In this document: positions 19,525 through 29,456 of the stretch, piece by piece
Layout of the letters: every line of letters begins with the position of its first letter
Position numbering within the stretch: the stretch's first letter is position 1
Origin: an uncultured bacterium
Lineage (GTDB): Bacteria > Zixibacteria > MSB-5A5 > GN15 > FEB-12
DNA length: 64,000 bases
Direction: 5' to 3'
Assembly (NCBI GenBank): GCA_965372795.1
Contig: CBDVDR010000007.1
Coordinates: 1-64,000, forward strand
Notes under the pieces: model-generated
The model's input: only the letters and a program-made list of their open reading frames with translations
Database searches by the model: none
Told to the model about the DNA's origin: nothing
Translations under genes and position numbers: made by a program

Positions 19525-22128
19525 GTGAAAACTCTACTTATAAGCATTTTTATTTTATTGAAAGTATCTGTAAATATCTGCGCTGCCGAGGTAATTGTAA
19601 TTGGAGGATTTGATGGCCAAAATCCAAATACATCAGAATCCAATGGCGAAATAGCCCTTGCAATATCCGGCGGAGGCGCACGAGGCTTAACGACCATTGG
19701 AATTCTTAAAGCTTTTGAAGAAAAAGGCTTGTCAGTTAAAGCTATTGCCGGTGTTTCTATGGGAGGGGTCATAGGAGGATTATATGCTTCCGGTTATACG
19801 CCTGATGAACTGATGGAGTTTACCAATGAATTAAGTTTTGATAATATGTTCTATAATAATCCAAAACGTAGTTCAATGTTTTTTACTCAACGGGAGGAAC
19901 ACGGACGGCATCTGCTTTCGATCCGGTTTAATCGCTGGGTTCCGGTTATTCCAAAAGCCTTAACAAAAGGACAGGGCGTAACTTCAGTCTTAACCAAGCT
20001 GACAACCAAAGCAAATTATCATAGCCGGTCGGATTTCTTAAAACTTCCTATTCCTTTTAAAACATTTGCCACCGATATAATTTCAGGCAAAGGGATTATT
20101 ATTGAAAACGGATCCTTAGCAGATGCAATGAGAGCTACAATGGCGTTTCCCCTGGCTTTTACTCCGGTTGAAAAAAATGGAATGTTACTAATGGATGGCG
20201 GGATGCTTTGTCCCATTCCGGTTGATCTTGCCCGCACTATCTCAAATTCGATAAAATTTGTTGTCGCAATAAATACTTCAAGCCAGCTTCTTAACAAAGA
20301 AGGGATTAAAACTCCGCTTGATATTGCCAATCAGGTCACATCAATAATGACAAATGATAAATTATTATCACAATTATCAAAGGCCAGTTACGTTATAACT
20401 CCACCAATTCAACAATATGCATCTTCTGACTTTGCTAAAAAAGATTCGATAATTGCGATTGGCTATCGGGCAGGTATCTCGGCTGCTGACAGCATAATCA
20501 GCATGATTAAAAAGAACGAAGAGATCAAATATTCAATCAACAAAATTGAAATAGATTCGATAACTATTGCAAATAACAAAGATATAATTGAAAGCTTGAA
20601 CATTGAGGAATTTGAATCTCATCAATCTTTGACAAAGAAATTAAAGAATTATTATTTAAATAATAATATATTTCTCATCAAGGCAGAGCTGATACCCGAT
20701 TTAAGCAATATTAACAGAAATTATAATCTGAAAATAAGTACTGAACCTCAATTTGATCATTCACAGGTTAGTTTTATTTTTAATGGAAATAGTATCTATG
20801 ATGACACCACTTTATTAAGTGTTATGGCTTTAGGAAATTATGACTTATCTTCTGAAAAAATAAAGAAAAGCCTGCATCAAATCACAGGATTGTACCGGGT
20901 CAATGGTTATGATTTTGTAGATATTGAATCAATTGAATTTAATATTCAGGATAAATCATTTATAATTAATATTGATGAAGCCATTATTAAAAGTATCGAC
21001 ATTGAGAAAAACCATAGATCACGTGATTGGTTTATCAGATCTCACTTTCCATTAAAACCGAATCAGCCTTATTCCACCTCGGATGCATCAGTAGGAATTG
21101 CCAATATATACGGGACCGACCTGTTTAATCAAGTGTCACTGAACCTTATCAATGACACAGCCGGATCAATTGTAAAAATTAGCGTTGAAGAGAAACATTA
21201 TCAGCAGGTCCGGCTTGGGTGGCACTGGGACGATGAATATAAATCAGAAGAGTTTCTGGAATACCTTGATGATAATGTTCTTGGTATGGGTTTGAAATAT
21301 TTATTGCACGCTCGTTTTGCAATTGACCGACAGGAATATTTTGGATACTTTAAATCAAATCGAATCTGGTCAACCTACTTAACCGCCAAAGCAGAAATAT
21401 ACCACAATCGCATTAATCGATTTATATTCGATGATGAAAGTAATGAAATCGAAATTCGCAAAGAAATTAAAACAGGTTTTTCATTCAGCCTTGGACAGCA
21501 AATTAAACGATTTGGAACAGTTACCGCCAAGTTTGATGTCGTAAATTATGATGATCGATATTTAGTACAGAACATAAAAAATAAAAGAGATCTAAGAATT
21601 TTCTCAATTAAATCTTCAATTGAAAACTTTGACCGGTCTCCTTTAACTCTCAAAGGATCCAAACATTTCTTTGAAGTGCAAATGGCGGGTAAGTTTATGG
21701 GTGGTGACGAAGAATACAACCGCTTTGAAGCATCAACAGAAATTTATATCCCCATTAATCACAAATTAAATTATCATCCAAAATTTGCAATCGGACTATC
21801 TTCATCCGGCCTTCCACCCTCTGAAAGATTCTATCTGGGAGGGATTGAATCTTTTTCAGGTTTTAGAACTTATCAATTAAATGGCGATAAATTTATAATG
21901 TTAAGCAATGATTTAAGACTAAAACTCCCTTTTAGATTTTATTTCACATTTCGTCATGATATTGGTGAAGTCTACACCCATACTGATGAAATCAAATTAC
22001 GCAATCTTCGTAATGGCATCAGCTTAATACTATCCTTTGATTCCCCCATAGGTCCATTTGATTTTCGTTATGGCTTTGCTGACTCAGACAACGACCGATA
22101 TTATATAAATATTGGGCTTGACTTCTAA
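19525..22128 (+). CDS. Patatin-like phospholipase with POTRA/Omp85 barrel (PlpD-like)
   Basis: SGGGARG, GVSMGG (G-x-S-x-G), DGG; C-terminal barrel ending SPIGPF...YINIGLDF. Confidence 0.88.
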   Translation: MKTLLISIFILLKVSVNICAAEVIVIGGFDGQNPNTSESNGEIALAISGGGARGLTTIGILKAFEEKGLSVKAIAGVSMGGVIGGLYASGYTPDELMEFTNELSFDNMFYNNPKRSSMFFTQREEHGRHLLSIRFNRWVPVIPKALTKGQGVTSVLTKLTTKANYHSRSDFLKLPIPFKTFATDIISGKGIIIENGSLADAMRATMAFPLAFTPVEKNGMLLMDGGMLCPIPVDLARTISNSIKFVVAINTSSQLLNKEGIKTPLDIANQVTSIMTNDKLLSQLSKASYVITPPIQQYASSDFAKKDSIIAIGYRAGISAADSIISMIKKNEEIKYSINKIEIDSITIANNKDIIESLNIEEFESHQSLTKKLKNYYLNNNIFLIKAELIPDLSNINRNYNLKISTEPQFDHSQVSFIFNGNSIYDDTTLLSVMALGNYDLSSEKIKKSLHQITGLYRVNGYDFVDIESIEFNIQDKSFIINIDEAIIKSIDIEKNHRSRDWFIRSHFPLKPNQPYSTSDASVGIANIYGTDLFNQVSLNLINDTAGSIVKISVEEKHYQQVRLGWHWDDEYKSEEFLEYLDDNVLGMGLKYLLHARFAIDRQEYFGYFKSNRIWSTYLTAKAEIYHNRINRFIFDDESNEIEIRKEIKTGFSFSLGQQIKRFGTVTAKFDVVNYDDRYLVQNIKNKRDLRIFSIKSSIENFDRSPLTLKGSKHFFEVQMAGKFMGGDEEYNRFEASTEIYIPINHKLNYHPKFAIGLSSSGLPPSERFYLGGIESFSGFRTYQLNGDKFIMLSNDLRLKLPFRFYFTFRHDIGEVYTHTDEIKLRNLRNGISLILSFDSPIGPFDFRYGFADSDNDRYYINIGLDF

Positions 22129-22186
22129 AACAAATCTAACTTTCCTTGACTCAATATAGTTATATAAATATTTTTTTGAGGCAAAT

Positions 22187-22807
22187 ATGAAATACTTAAA
22201 TTTTTTATTAATCATTGGTTTGTTCATAGTTGGTTGCAGCCAACAAAATAATGATCTGGTTAAAACTGAATCAGATTTGTGCATGAAGGCTTCCAGGCTG
22301 ATAATTGGAAAACTTAGCAAAGACTTAAAATCGGAGCTTTCTTCAGCAATGAAAGAAGGCGGAGCAATCAGCGCAATTGAAGTTTGTCTTACAAAGGCTA
22401 ACAATATCACCGATAAACATTCAGCCGGAAAATTTGTTTCAATCAAAAGAGTAAGTGACAAAAATCGTAATCCTGAAAATTTGGCAGACTCGACCCAGCT
22501 TGAAATTTTACAAAAATTTTATGATGATAATAGTATGACTAATAATTTAAGTATGAATGAAACCAAGAATGGCAGAACTTTTACTTATTATAAAGTCATC
22601 AAAACTAATCCTCTCTGTTTGCAATGCCATGGCAAGCAGGATGAAATTGATAATGAAGTTATGAAATTGATTTTGGATTCTTATCCTGAAGATAAAGCAA
22701 TTGGCTATACTGCTAATCAGGTACGAGGAATGTTTGTTGTCGAAATCCAGATGCCACAGGCGAAGGAATTCCTTGAAAAACTGATGGCCGAATCAGACAA
22801 ACAATAA
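22187..22807 (+). CDS. DUF3365 (Tll0287-like) c-type haem lipoprotein
   Basis: Lipobox IVGC, RNPEN, CLQCHG haem motif, YPEDKAIGY...RG. Confidence 0.85.
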   Translation: MKYLNFLLIIGLFIVGCSQQNNDLVKTESDLCMKASRLIIGKLSKDLKSELSSAMKEGGAISAIEVCLTKANNITDKHSAGKFVSIKRVSDKNRNPENLADSTQLEILQKFYDDNSMTNNLSMNETKNGRTFTYYKVIKTNPLCLQCHGKQDEIDNEVMKLILDSYPEDKAIGYTANQVRGMFVVEIQMPQAKEFLEKLMAESDKQ

Positions 22808-22876
22808 TTAAGTAATAACAAAAGAAACACTCTTTTTTATCGTTTATATATTAGAACAAATATATAATATTGAACG

Positions 22877-23872
22877 ATGAATTACTTAAAGACAAAATAT
22901 TTATTACAATTACTCACTGTATTATCCTTGTTTTATTGGGGATGTGATAATACTGAGCAAATAATTGATTCAGGCACTCCTGAAACTTCCTACAGTTATG
23001 TAATATCTGTTCAAAATTCCGGTTTCAATCATGATTTTAAAGATGTTTACTTTGTAGACTCGCTAACCGGATGGATCGTAGGTGCCAATGGGATTATCAT
23101 AAACACGATTGATGGCGGGAAAAACTGGACAGCAAGAAACAGCGGTACTCTCCATGATCTTCACAGTGTCAATTTTTTTCTAACTTCCATAGGGTACGCA
23201 GTCGGTTCTTTCGGGGTTATCATTAAAACCATTGATAGTGGAATCACCTGGGATGATAATATTCTATTTAATAGAAATTCATTGCGATCAGTCTGTTTTC
23301 CAACTCAGGGAATCGGATGGATTGCCGGACAGGATATAATTGGAAAAACTGATAATTCCGGTGTTGAATGGGTCAAACAGGAGAACTGGGATTCAACCAT
23401 AATTTACAGTATGTCTTTTCCGGATAAGATCTATGGTTGGGGGTGCGGATTAAATGGTCGAATAATTCATACCGGCAACGGCGGCGAAAACTGGTCAAAC
23501 CAAACTACTCCGGTTCAAAATCCTCTGTTGGATATAAATTTTCCTGATTTGGAATTTGGTTGGAGTGTCGGCGTAGGCGGAACAATTATCCATACTAAAA
23601 ACGGAGGTGATAATTGGGTCGCACAGGATGGTGCTACCGCCGAAGTCCTTCGGGGAGTCGAATTTTCAAATCAAACTAATGGCTGGATTGCAGGAGATAA
23701 CGGCACCCTTCTAATGACAGAAAACGGGGGAAGCAAATGGAGTTCGGTTAACTCCAAAACAAATTCTTCGCTCTTTGCAGTTAGTATTGGTCATCCTGAC
23801 CATGTCTGGGTGTGTGGTGATAATGGGATTATATTAAAAATTACAAGAGTCAAAACAGTTTCAACAAACTGA
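22877..23872 (+). CDS. YCF48-like beta-propeller (BNR repeat) lipoprotein
   Basis: Repeated F.....GW.VG..G.I..T.DGG..W units; WGC lipobox-like. Confidence 0.85.
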   Translation: MNYLKTKYLLQLLTVLSLFYWGCDNTEQIIDSGTPETSYSYVISVQNSGFNHDFKDVYFVDSLTGWIVGANGIIINTIDGGKNWTARNSGTLHDLHSVNFFLTSIGYAVGSFGVIIKTIDSGITWDDNILFNRNSLRSVCFPTQGIGWIAGQDIIGKTDNSGVEWVKQENWDSTIIYSMSFPDKIYGWGCGLNGRIIHTGNGGENWSNQTTPVQNPLLDINFPDLEFGWSVGVGGTIIHTKNGGDNWVAQDGATAEVLRGVEFSNQTNGWIAGDNGTLLMTENGGSKWSSVNSKTNSSLFAVSIGHPDHVWVCGDNGIILKITRVKTVSTN

Positions 23873-23886
23873 ATTAAGATTGGTGG

Positions 23887-24861
23887 CTACCAATTATAGC
23901 CGGCTGATATTCGGAAAGTTTCATCAAGTTCACTATGATGAAGGTATGCAAAATCAATACTTATATTTTTAACTGAGACGCCCCCTCCGGCGGTAAACCG
24001 GCCAATATCAAAACCGGTACGACCGAAAAGAATTTCCTTGTATGCTAATTCCAAACCAAAATGTGAATCAAGCGATATGGCACCAATCCAGTATTGAGCA
24101 GCCGTTTCTATATTTTCAAATTTGATATCTGAACTCATCAAATAACTGGCAGAAAAATCATTAAATTTTCTGGAAATCATGATACCCGGTTTAAGGGTTG
24201 GATAGATAGATTCATAATTTGCATCATTATCAAAGGTTGCCCCCGAATATCTGATTACTCCCGAAGATATATCTGAAATCATTAATCCTAAACTTATGTT
24301 TTTTCGATATTGATAATGCAATCCGGCATCAAGAGCTAAACCCTTCCCCTTCTCAGTTCCCAGGTCCCGATATATCAGTTTTGCTGTCAGACCGAAATTT
24401 AATTTTTCGTTAAAACTTCCGGCTATTGATCCCGCCAGCAGATAATCACCATGGGTAACTTCATTTATCACATAGGGACGATTATTAAGATCAAGCGAGG
24501 TTAGTTTGATACCTCCTCCACCGAGATAATAAAGATAAACACCAAATGCTTTAATAAGATTATCCCCTTTGGGACGGGCGTCAACATACGATACAAAATC
24601 ATGATTCAACAATGATCCAAAGGTCTCGGCATGCATCGCCGTGATAGATCTTTTCTGCCATAAGGCTAACCCGGCAGGATTCCAATATCCCGAAGTTGCA
24701 TCAAACGGTCCTGCTACCACAGCACTGCCTAAAGCCAGAGCCCGAGCGCCGGCACCCAAAGAAAATACTTCACCTGCATATTTTGCCGCCTGAGTAGGAA
24801 GAGCAATGGTTAACGAAAGCAATAAATAACAAATATACTTTTTCATGTTGATTTTAGTCAC
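23887..24861 (-). CDS. PorV/PorQ (UPF0164)-like outer-membrane beta-barrel
   Basis: GAGARALALG, YWNPAGL, DFAY...RISAGYNW. Confidence 0.8.
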   Translation of the reverse strand: MTKINMKKYICYLLLSLTIALPTQAAKYAGEVFSLGAGARALALGSAVVAGPFDATSGYWNPAGLALWQKRSITAMHAETFGSLLNHDFVSYVDARPKGDNLIKAFGVYLYYLGGGGIKLTSLDLNNRPYVINEVTHGDYLLAGSIAGSFNEKLNFGLTAKLIYRDLGTEKGKGLALDAGLHYQYRKNISLGLMISDISSGVIRYSGATFDNDANYESIYPTLKPGIMISRKFNDFSASYLMSSDIKFENIETAAQYWIGAISLDSHFGLELAYKEILFGRTGFDIGRFTAGGGVSVKNISIDFAYLHHSELDETFRISAGYNW

Positions 24862-24907
24862 TCTTCAATAAACAAAATAATAATCTTAACACCATAAAAA
24901 AATCAAA

Positions 24908-24934
24908 AAAAGAGCGGGACCAATATCCCGCTCT
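24908..24934 (-). terminator. Intrinsic terminator
   Basis: A-tract followed by agagcggga-ccaata-tcccgctct. Confidence 0.7.
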
Positions 24935-24961
24935 AATATTTTCAACATAAATAATTTCTAA

Positions 24962-25531
24962 TTATTTTCCGCCACAAGCTTTCTTTTCGGCAGTTGTGCA
25001 AGAGGCACTACCTTTGGAACCACAAGCTTTACTGCAGCTATGAGCACTTGCATCTTTAGCATCAGTAGTGGTTGTCGTTGCAACAGCTGTAATAATCTCA
25101 GCTTTAAAACCTGTGTTTGAAACAGCAGTTGTTAAAGTGGTATTATCAACTTTGCCATTTTCGAAAGCAACTAAAGCCATGCCTTCTTTGTGGCTGACTT
25201 TTAATACTCTTTTTACTCCGGTAACAGCTTCCAAAGCTTTTGTAACTGAGGATTCACAACCACCGCAAGTCATACCTTGAACAGAAATGTGGGCAACGCT
25301 GATATCTTTACCAAGATCAGCACAAAGTTTTTCACATTCATCTTTTGACATACCAAATTTGCTGGCACAAGCAGCAGCTTCGGCTGGTGTACAGGAAGCT
25401 TTAGCACTGGCTGTTGTAGCTGTCGTTGAGGTTTTGTCTTTTGATCCGCAGGCAGGTCCGGCAGTAGCTACCACTGATACCATTGCAATAATAGCTAATA
25501 CAGCAAGGCTAAGGATGAGAAATTTTTTCAC
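24962..25531 (-). CDS. Exported heavy-metal-associated (HMA) domain protein with Cys-rich flanks
   Basis: Signal peptide; GMTCGGC metal-binding motif; extra Cys clusters. Confidence 0.85.
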   Translation of the reverse strand: MKKFLILSLAVLAIIAMVSVVATAGPACGSKDKTSTTATTASAKASCTPAEAAACASKFGMSKDECEKLCADLGKDISVAHISVQGMTCGGCESSVTKALEAVTGVKRVLKVSHKEGMALVAFENGKVDNTTLTTAVSNTGFKAEIITAVATTTTTDAKDASAHSCSKACGSKGSASCTTAEKKACGGK

Positions 25532-25762
25532 TTTGTTACTCCTTCTAAGATTGTTTTATTTTTAACATTATAATCAATTAATATTTTTCTGTCAAATATT
25601 TGCCGATAAATTGGAGCTTTATTATAGCTTCTTTTTTGTTATCGGTTAAATAGTTAAACAATTAGCAACTTAACAAGTTCCAAAATTACTCAGGATATAC
25701 GATAATATTTGTATACTTTCATATCGTCCTGCGTTATAAGCACTTACAATTACATGTATTAC

Positions 25763-25809
25763 TTGACAAGTTGTGGAAATTAGTATAATATATCCGGATA
25801 AACGGATAT
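25763..25809 (+). promoter_or_regulatory. ars promoter and ArsR operator
   Basis: TTGACA (25763) with TAATAT 17 nt downstream; inverted repeat ATATCCG-gataaa-CGGATAT (25790-25809) just before the start codon. Confidence 0.7.
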
Positions 25810-25812
25810 GTT

Positions 25813-26142
25813 ATGGAAAAAATATTCAAAGCCTTATCGGTGACCATCAGATTAAGAATAATTAATTTTCTCTCTTCGGGAGAATTATGTGTTTGTGATT
25901 TGGTCGAACTGCTGAATTTACCTCAATCGACAGTTTCCCGACACCTTTCAGTTTTAAAGGAAGTTAAAATAATTTCTGACCGGCGCACCGGTAAATGGAT
26001 TCACTATCAATTATCTTTTGACCTTATAAAAAAATATCCGGGTCTAAATGAAATAATTAATTTGATCGGAAATGATGAACTGTATCAACAGGATTTAGAT
26101 CGACTAAAGCTGTATCAAAAGAATAAAAAGCAAAACTGTTAA
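25813..26142 (+). CDS. arsR: ArsR/SmtB repressor
   Basis: ELCVCDL metal site, PQSTVSRHL, RRTGKWIHY. Confidence 0.92.
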   Translation: MEKIFKALSVTIRLRIINFLSSGELCVCDLVELLNLPQSTVSRHLSVLKEVKIISDRRTGKWIHYQLSFDLIKKYPGLNEIINLIGNDELYQQDLDRLKLYQKNKKQNC

Positions 26143-26159
26143 TTTAATGAAAGAATTTT

Positions 26160-27221
26160 ATGAATAATAAAGGACTGTCTACTTTTGAAAAATATCTTAC
26201 CGGCTGGGTAACACTGGCAATTGTGATAGGCACAATAATCGGTTATCTGTTTCCTCAACTGGCCGTATATCTTGATAGCTTATCATACGCCCAGATTTCT
26301 ATACCGATTGCTATCTGTTTATTTTTCATGATGTTTCCTATCATGGTAAAAATCGACTTCTCCCTTATTACAGCTGCGGTCAAAACCCCGAAGCCGGTGT
26401 TGTTAACTTTAGTAATCAATTGGGTAATTAAACCTTTTACAATGTACTTGATTGCCTATCTGTTTCTTGGAGTTCTGTTTAAAGATTTTATTCCCGGGAC
26501 AGAAATAATAAATGGGGTCGAGGTTCCTCTCTATCGTTCATATATCTCCGGAGCAATTCTGCTTGGCATCGCTCCCTGCACCGCAATGGTTTTAATGTGG
26601 GGTTATCTTGCTAAAGGAAATGATGCTTTTACACTGGTAATGGTTTCCGTTAACTCTTTGGCGATGTTATTTCTTTATGCACCCTTGGGAGGTTTACTAT
26701 TATCAGTAAATAAAATGCCGATTCCCTGGCAGACAATTTTGCTCTCGGTTTTAATTTATGTCGGGCTGCCTTTATTCAGTGGTTATTTTACCCGTAAATC
26801 TATTCTAAAAAATAAAGGGATTGAATACTTCAATACTGTTTTCCTCCACCGTCTGACACCGGTATCAATTATTGCTTTACTTACCACCCTGCTGATACTT
26901 TTTATTTTGAAAGGCGAGGTTCTTGTAGGACAGCCTTATGATATTTTCTGGATTGCAATCCCATTATTCATTCAAACAATTTTCATCTTTGCCATAGGTT
27001 ACATTGGAGCCAAATTTATCAAACTTAGTTATGAAGTGGCTGCTCCGGCGGCAATGATTGGAGCGTCAAATCATTTCGAGGTTGCCATTGCCACCGCCGT
27101 GATACTCTTTGGATTAAACTCCGGTGCCGCATTGGCAACAGTTGTGGGAGTACTTATAGAAGTTCCGGTGATGCTTATGTTGGTAAAATTCTGTATTAGA
27201 ACTAAACATTGGTTTAAATAA
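26160..27221 (+). CDS. acr3: ACR3-family arsenite efflux transporter
   Basis: [37 protein letters not shown]. Confidence 0.95.
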   Translation: MNNKGLSTFEKYLTGWVTLAIVIGTIIGYLFPQLAVYLDSLSYAQISIPIAICLFFMMFPIMVKIDFSLITAAVKTPKPVLLTLVINWVIKPFTMYLIAYLFLGVLFKDFIPGTEIINGVEVPLYRSYISGAILLGIAPCTAMVLMWGYLAKGNDAFTLVMVSVNSLAMLFLYAPLGGLLLSVNKMPIPWQTILLSVLIYVGLPLFSGYFTRKSILKNKGIEYFNTVFLHRLTPVSIIALLTTLLILFILKGEVLVGQPYDIFWIAIPLFIQTIFIFAIGYIGAKFIKLSYEVAAPAAMIGASNHFEVAIATAVILFGLNSGAALATVVGVLIEVPVMLMLVKFCIRTKHWFK

Positions 27222-27223
27222 AT

Positions 27224-27637
27224 ATGAATATTTTAATTTTATGCACTGGAAATTCCTGTCGGTCTCAAATGGCTGAAGGGTGGCTCAGGCATCTATTAGG
27301 AAATAAATCAGAGCACAAAGTTGCGAGTGCGGGCTTAAAAGCCAAAGGGGTACACCCCCTGGCAATCAAAGTTATGCATGAAGCAGGCGTTGATATCTCA
27401 AACCATACTTCTGATGATATTAATAAATATATTAATGATAGCTTTGATTACATCATAACTGTGTGTGATAATGCGGCGGAAAAATGTCCCAACTTTCCAG
27501 GCCTGGGAGAAAAATTACATATCCCCTTTGACGATCCCGATTCTGCGACTGGAACAGAGGAGGAAATATTGAATCTGTTTCGAAGGGTGCGTGATGAAAT
27601 TTGTAATAAAATGAAAGATTGGTTAAAAACCGTTTAG
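27224..27637 (+). CDS. arsC: Thioredoxin-dependent arsenate reductase (LMW-PTP fold)
   Basis: CTGNSCRSQMAEG, TVCD.A...CP, FDDP, FRRVRDEI. Confidence 0.93.
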   Translation: MNILILCTGNSCRSQMAEGWLRHLLGNKSEHKVASAGLKAKGVHPLAIKVMHEAGVDISNHTSDDINKYINDSFDYIITVCDNAAEKCPNFPGLGEKLHIPFDDPDSATGTEEEILNLFRRVRDEICNKMKDWLKTV

Positions 27638-27639
27638 AA

Positions 27640-27840
27640 TTACTTTTCGAACAGACTGAATTGGTATCCCGCCCAGTTTTTTTTATCGATTGTATAGTGA
27701 AATTTATACCGGCAATCACCTTTTTTGCATGTCAGTGGTCTTTTGCCTGAGATGTAATCGAATAACTCTCCACAAACGACACAGGTTGTCTGTTTCCAGT
27801 TTAAATCCGGCAGGTCTATTGTTGATTTATCTTTTTTCAT
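27640..27840 (-). CDS. Small Cys-rich (putative Zn-binding) protein
   Basis: CVVC...TCKKGDC; fits the intergenic gap. Confidence 0.55.
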   Translation of the reverse strand: MKKDKSTIDLPDLNWKQTTCVVCGELFDYISGKRPLTCKKGDCRYKFHYTIDKKNWAGYQFSLFEK

Positions 27841-27910
27841 ATAATAAAACTAAATAATTCTTATAAGAAGCTAATAAAGATTAGAATCAGTAACAACTAT
27901 AAATTGATTA

Positions 27911-28153
27911 TTATGGTAACTCTTTGAAATATTTTTCACGCTCTGCTTTTGAAACTGATGAACGGGGAATCTCAAGCACCTCAATAGTTGTACTTTTGGT
28001 TCCTTTGATAACGATTATGTCGCGTTCATTTACTTGATAAGAAGGTTTTATTTTGCGTCCGCCAACTTCAATCATCGAATTATCGGCGAGTTTTTTGGCG
28101 ATAGTTCTTCGTTTTATCACCCCAACCGTAGAAAGATAATCATCTATTCGCAT
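27911..28153 (-). CDS. S4-domain RNA-binding protein (Hsp15/YabO-like)
   Basis: MRIDDYL...IKRRTIAK...KPS..V..D.I. Confidence 0.85.
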   Translation of the reverse strand: MRIDDYLSTVGVIKRRTIAKKLADNSMIEVGGRKIKPSYQVNERDIIVIKGTKSTTIEVLEIPRSSVSKAEREKYFKELP

Positions 28154-29451
28154 CAGTCTAATCTATAATCAATATATGTTTCGTCTTTAAGGTCAGCAAT
28201 CCACTGATCAACCATTTTAGCCGTTTTGTCCTGACGGGCAAGTTCTTTAATTCGGTCGTAATCTTCTTCAAGACTATAATGTTTCTCAGGAGTATATTCC
28301 AATAATTTTAAAATATGAATCCCGCTTGGGGTTGGAGCCGGTCCGCGAAACTCGTTTGGAGTTTTCCAATTGCTGATGTAATCAGTCAGTTCAGCAGGCA
28401 TCTGTTTGGCTGCTACCCAGCCAAGTTCCCCGCCCTGAACCCGACTTGTATTATCTTCAGAATATTCTTTTGCCATTTCAGCAAAATCTGCACCATCTCT
28501 GGCTTCTTTGATTAGTGAATCTGCAAGCTGCATAGTTCTTAGGGTATCATCTGCTGATGGTACCACGCCTAATAACACATGCCTTAGTTTGCTTCGATCA
28601 TCTTTTTTATTCTCACATTGAATAATATGGATACCGAATTGGGTGCGAATTACACCTGATACATCGCCCACATTCAAATTAAAGGCTGCTCGTGCAAATT
28701 CTTCGACCACATCCTGACGGGTAAGATAACCCAGATCGCCGCCATTAACTCCGGCGCCAAAACTTGAGTACTGTTCTGAAATAGAGGCAAAATCTTCTCC
28801 ACCCAGAATTCTTTTTCTTAAATCGGTAGCGAGAGCATTGACTGAGTCTTCAACTTCCTGTGCCGGTTTTACCGTTAGTAAAATATGAGCCAATCGCAAT
28901 GCCTCAGGCTGGGAAGGGATTGAATCTTTAAAATTTGAATAAAACTGTTCAACTTCATATCGAGAGACAGAGACAGAATAAAGTTTGCTTTGAATGAATC
29001 GCTGTTTCAGAAGTTGATTTTTAATATCAGCACGATATTTTTTTTGCAAATTCCTAATCGTAATTCCTTCAGCAGTAAGAGCATCCAAAAAATCATCATA
29101 AGATGGGAAATTTCCTGAGATATTTGCAATCTGCTCATCCAAGGCATTATCAATCTCTTCATTCCTGATAGAGATAGTGGTGTCCTGACGGGCTGCAATC
29201 AGAAACAACCGATCAGAAATCATCTGTTCCATAATTTCTTTTTGGAGTTTCAAAAGAGCAGCTTCTGTTTCAACCTTCTTTCCAGACTGAAGAACATATA
29301 ACTGAATCTGATTTGCAATTTCAGAAGCTAAGATAACTTCATCACCTACCACTACTGAAATTTTGTCAACAACTTCTCTTTGAGCAAACCCCGATTGTCC
29401 CAAACATAAAATAGCAATCAGGAACCCAAAAATAAATTTCCTTATTTTCAT
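28153..29451 (-). CDS. SurA-like parvulin PPIase/chaperone
   Basis: VDKISVVVGDEVIL SurA N-domain; two parvulin domains (HIL, GGDLG, GGELGW). Confidence 0.85.
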   Translation of the reverse strand: MKIRKFIFGFLIAILCLGQSGFAQREVVDKISVVVGDEVILASEIANQIQLYVLQSGKKVETEAALLKLQKEIMEQMISDRLFLIAARQDTTISIRNEEIDNALDEQIANISGNFPSYDDFLDALTAEGITIRNLQKKYRADIKNQLLKQRFIQSKLYSVSVSRYEVEQFYSNFKDSIPSQPEALRLAHILLTVKPAQEVEDSVNALATDLRKRILGGEDFASISEQYSSFGAGVNGGDLGYLTRQDVVEEFARAAFNLNVGDVSGVIRTQFGIHIIQCENKKDDRSKLRHVLLGVVPSADDTLRTMQLADSLIKEARDGADFAEMAKEYSEDNTSRVQGGELGWVAAKQMPAELTDYISNWKTPNEFRGPAPTPSGIHILKLLEYTPEKHYSLEEDYDRIKELARQDKTAKMVDQWIADLKDETYIDYRLD

Positions 29452-29456
29452 AACGC

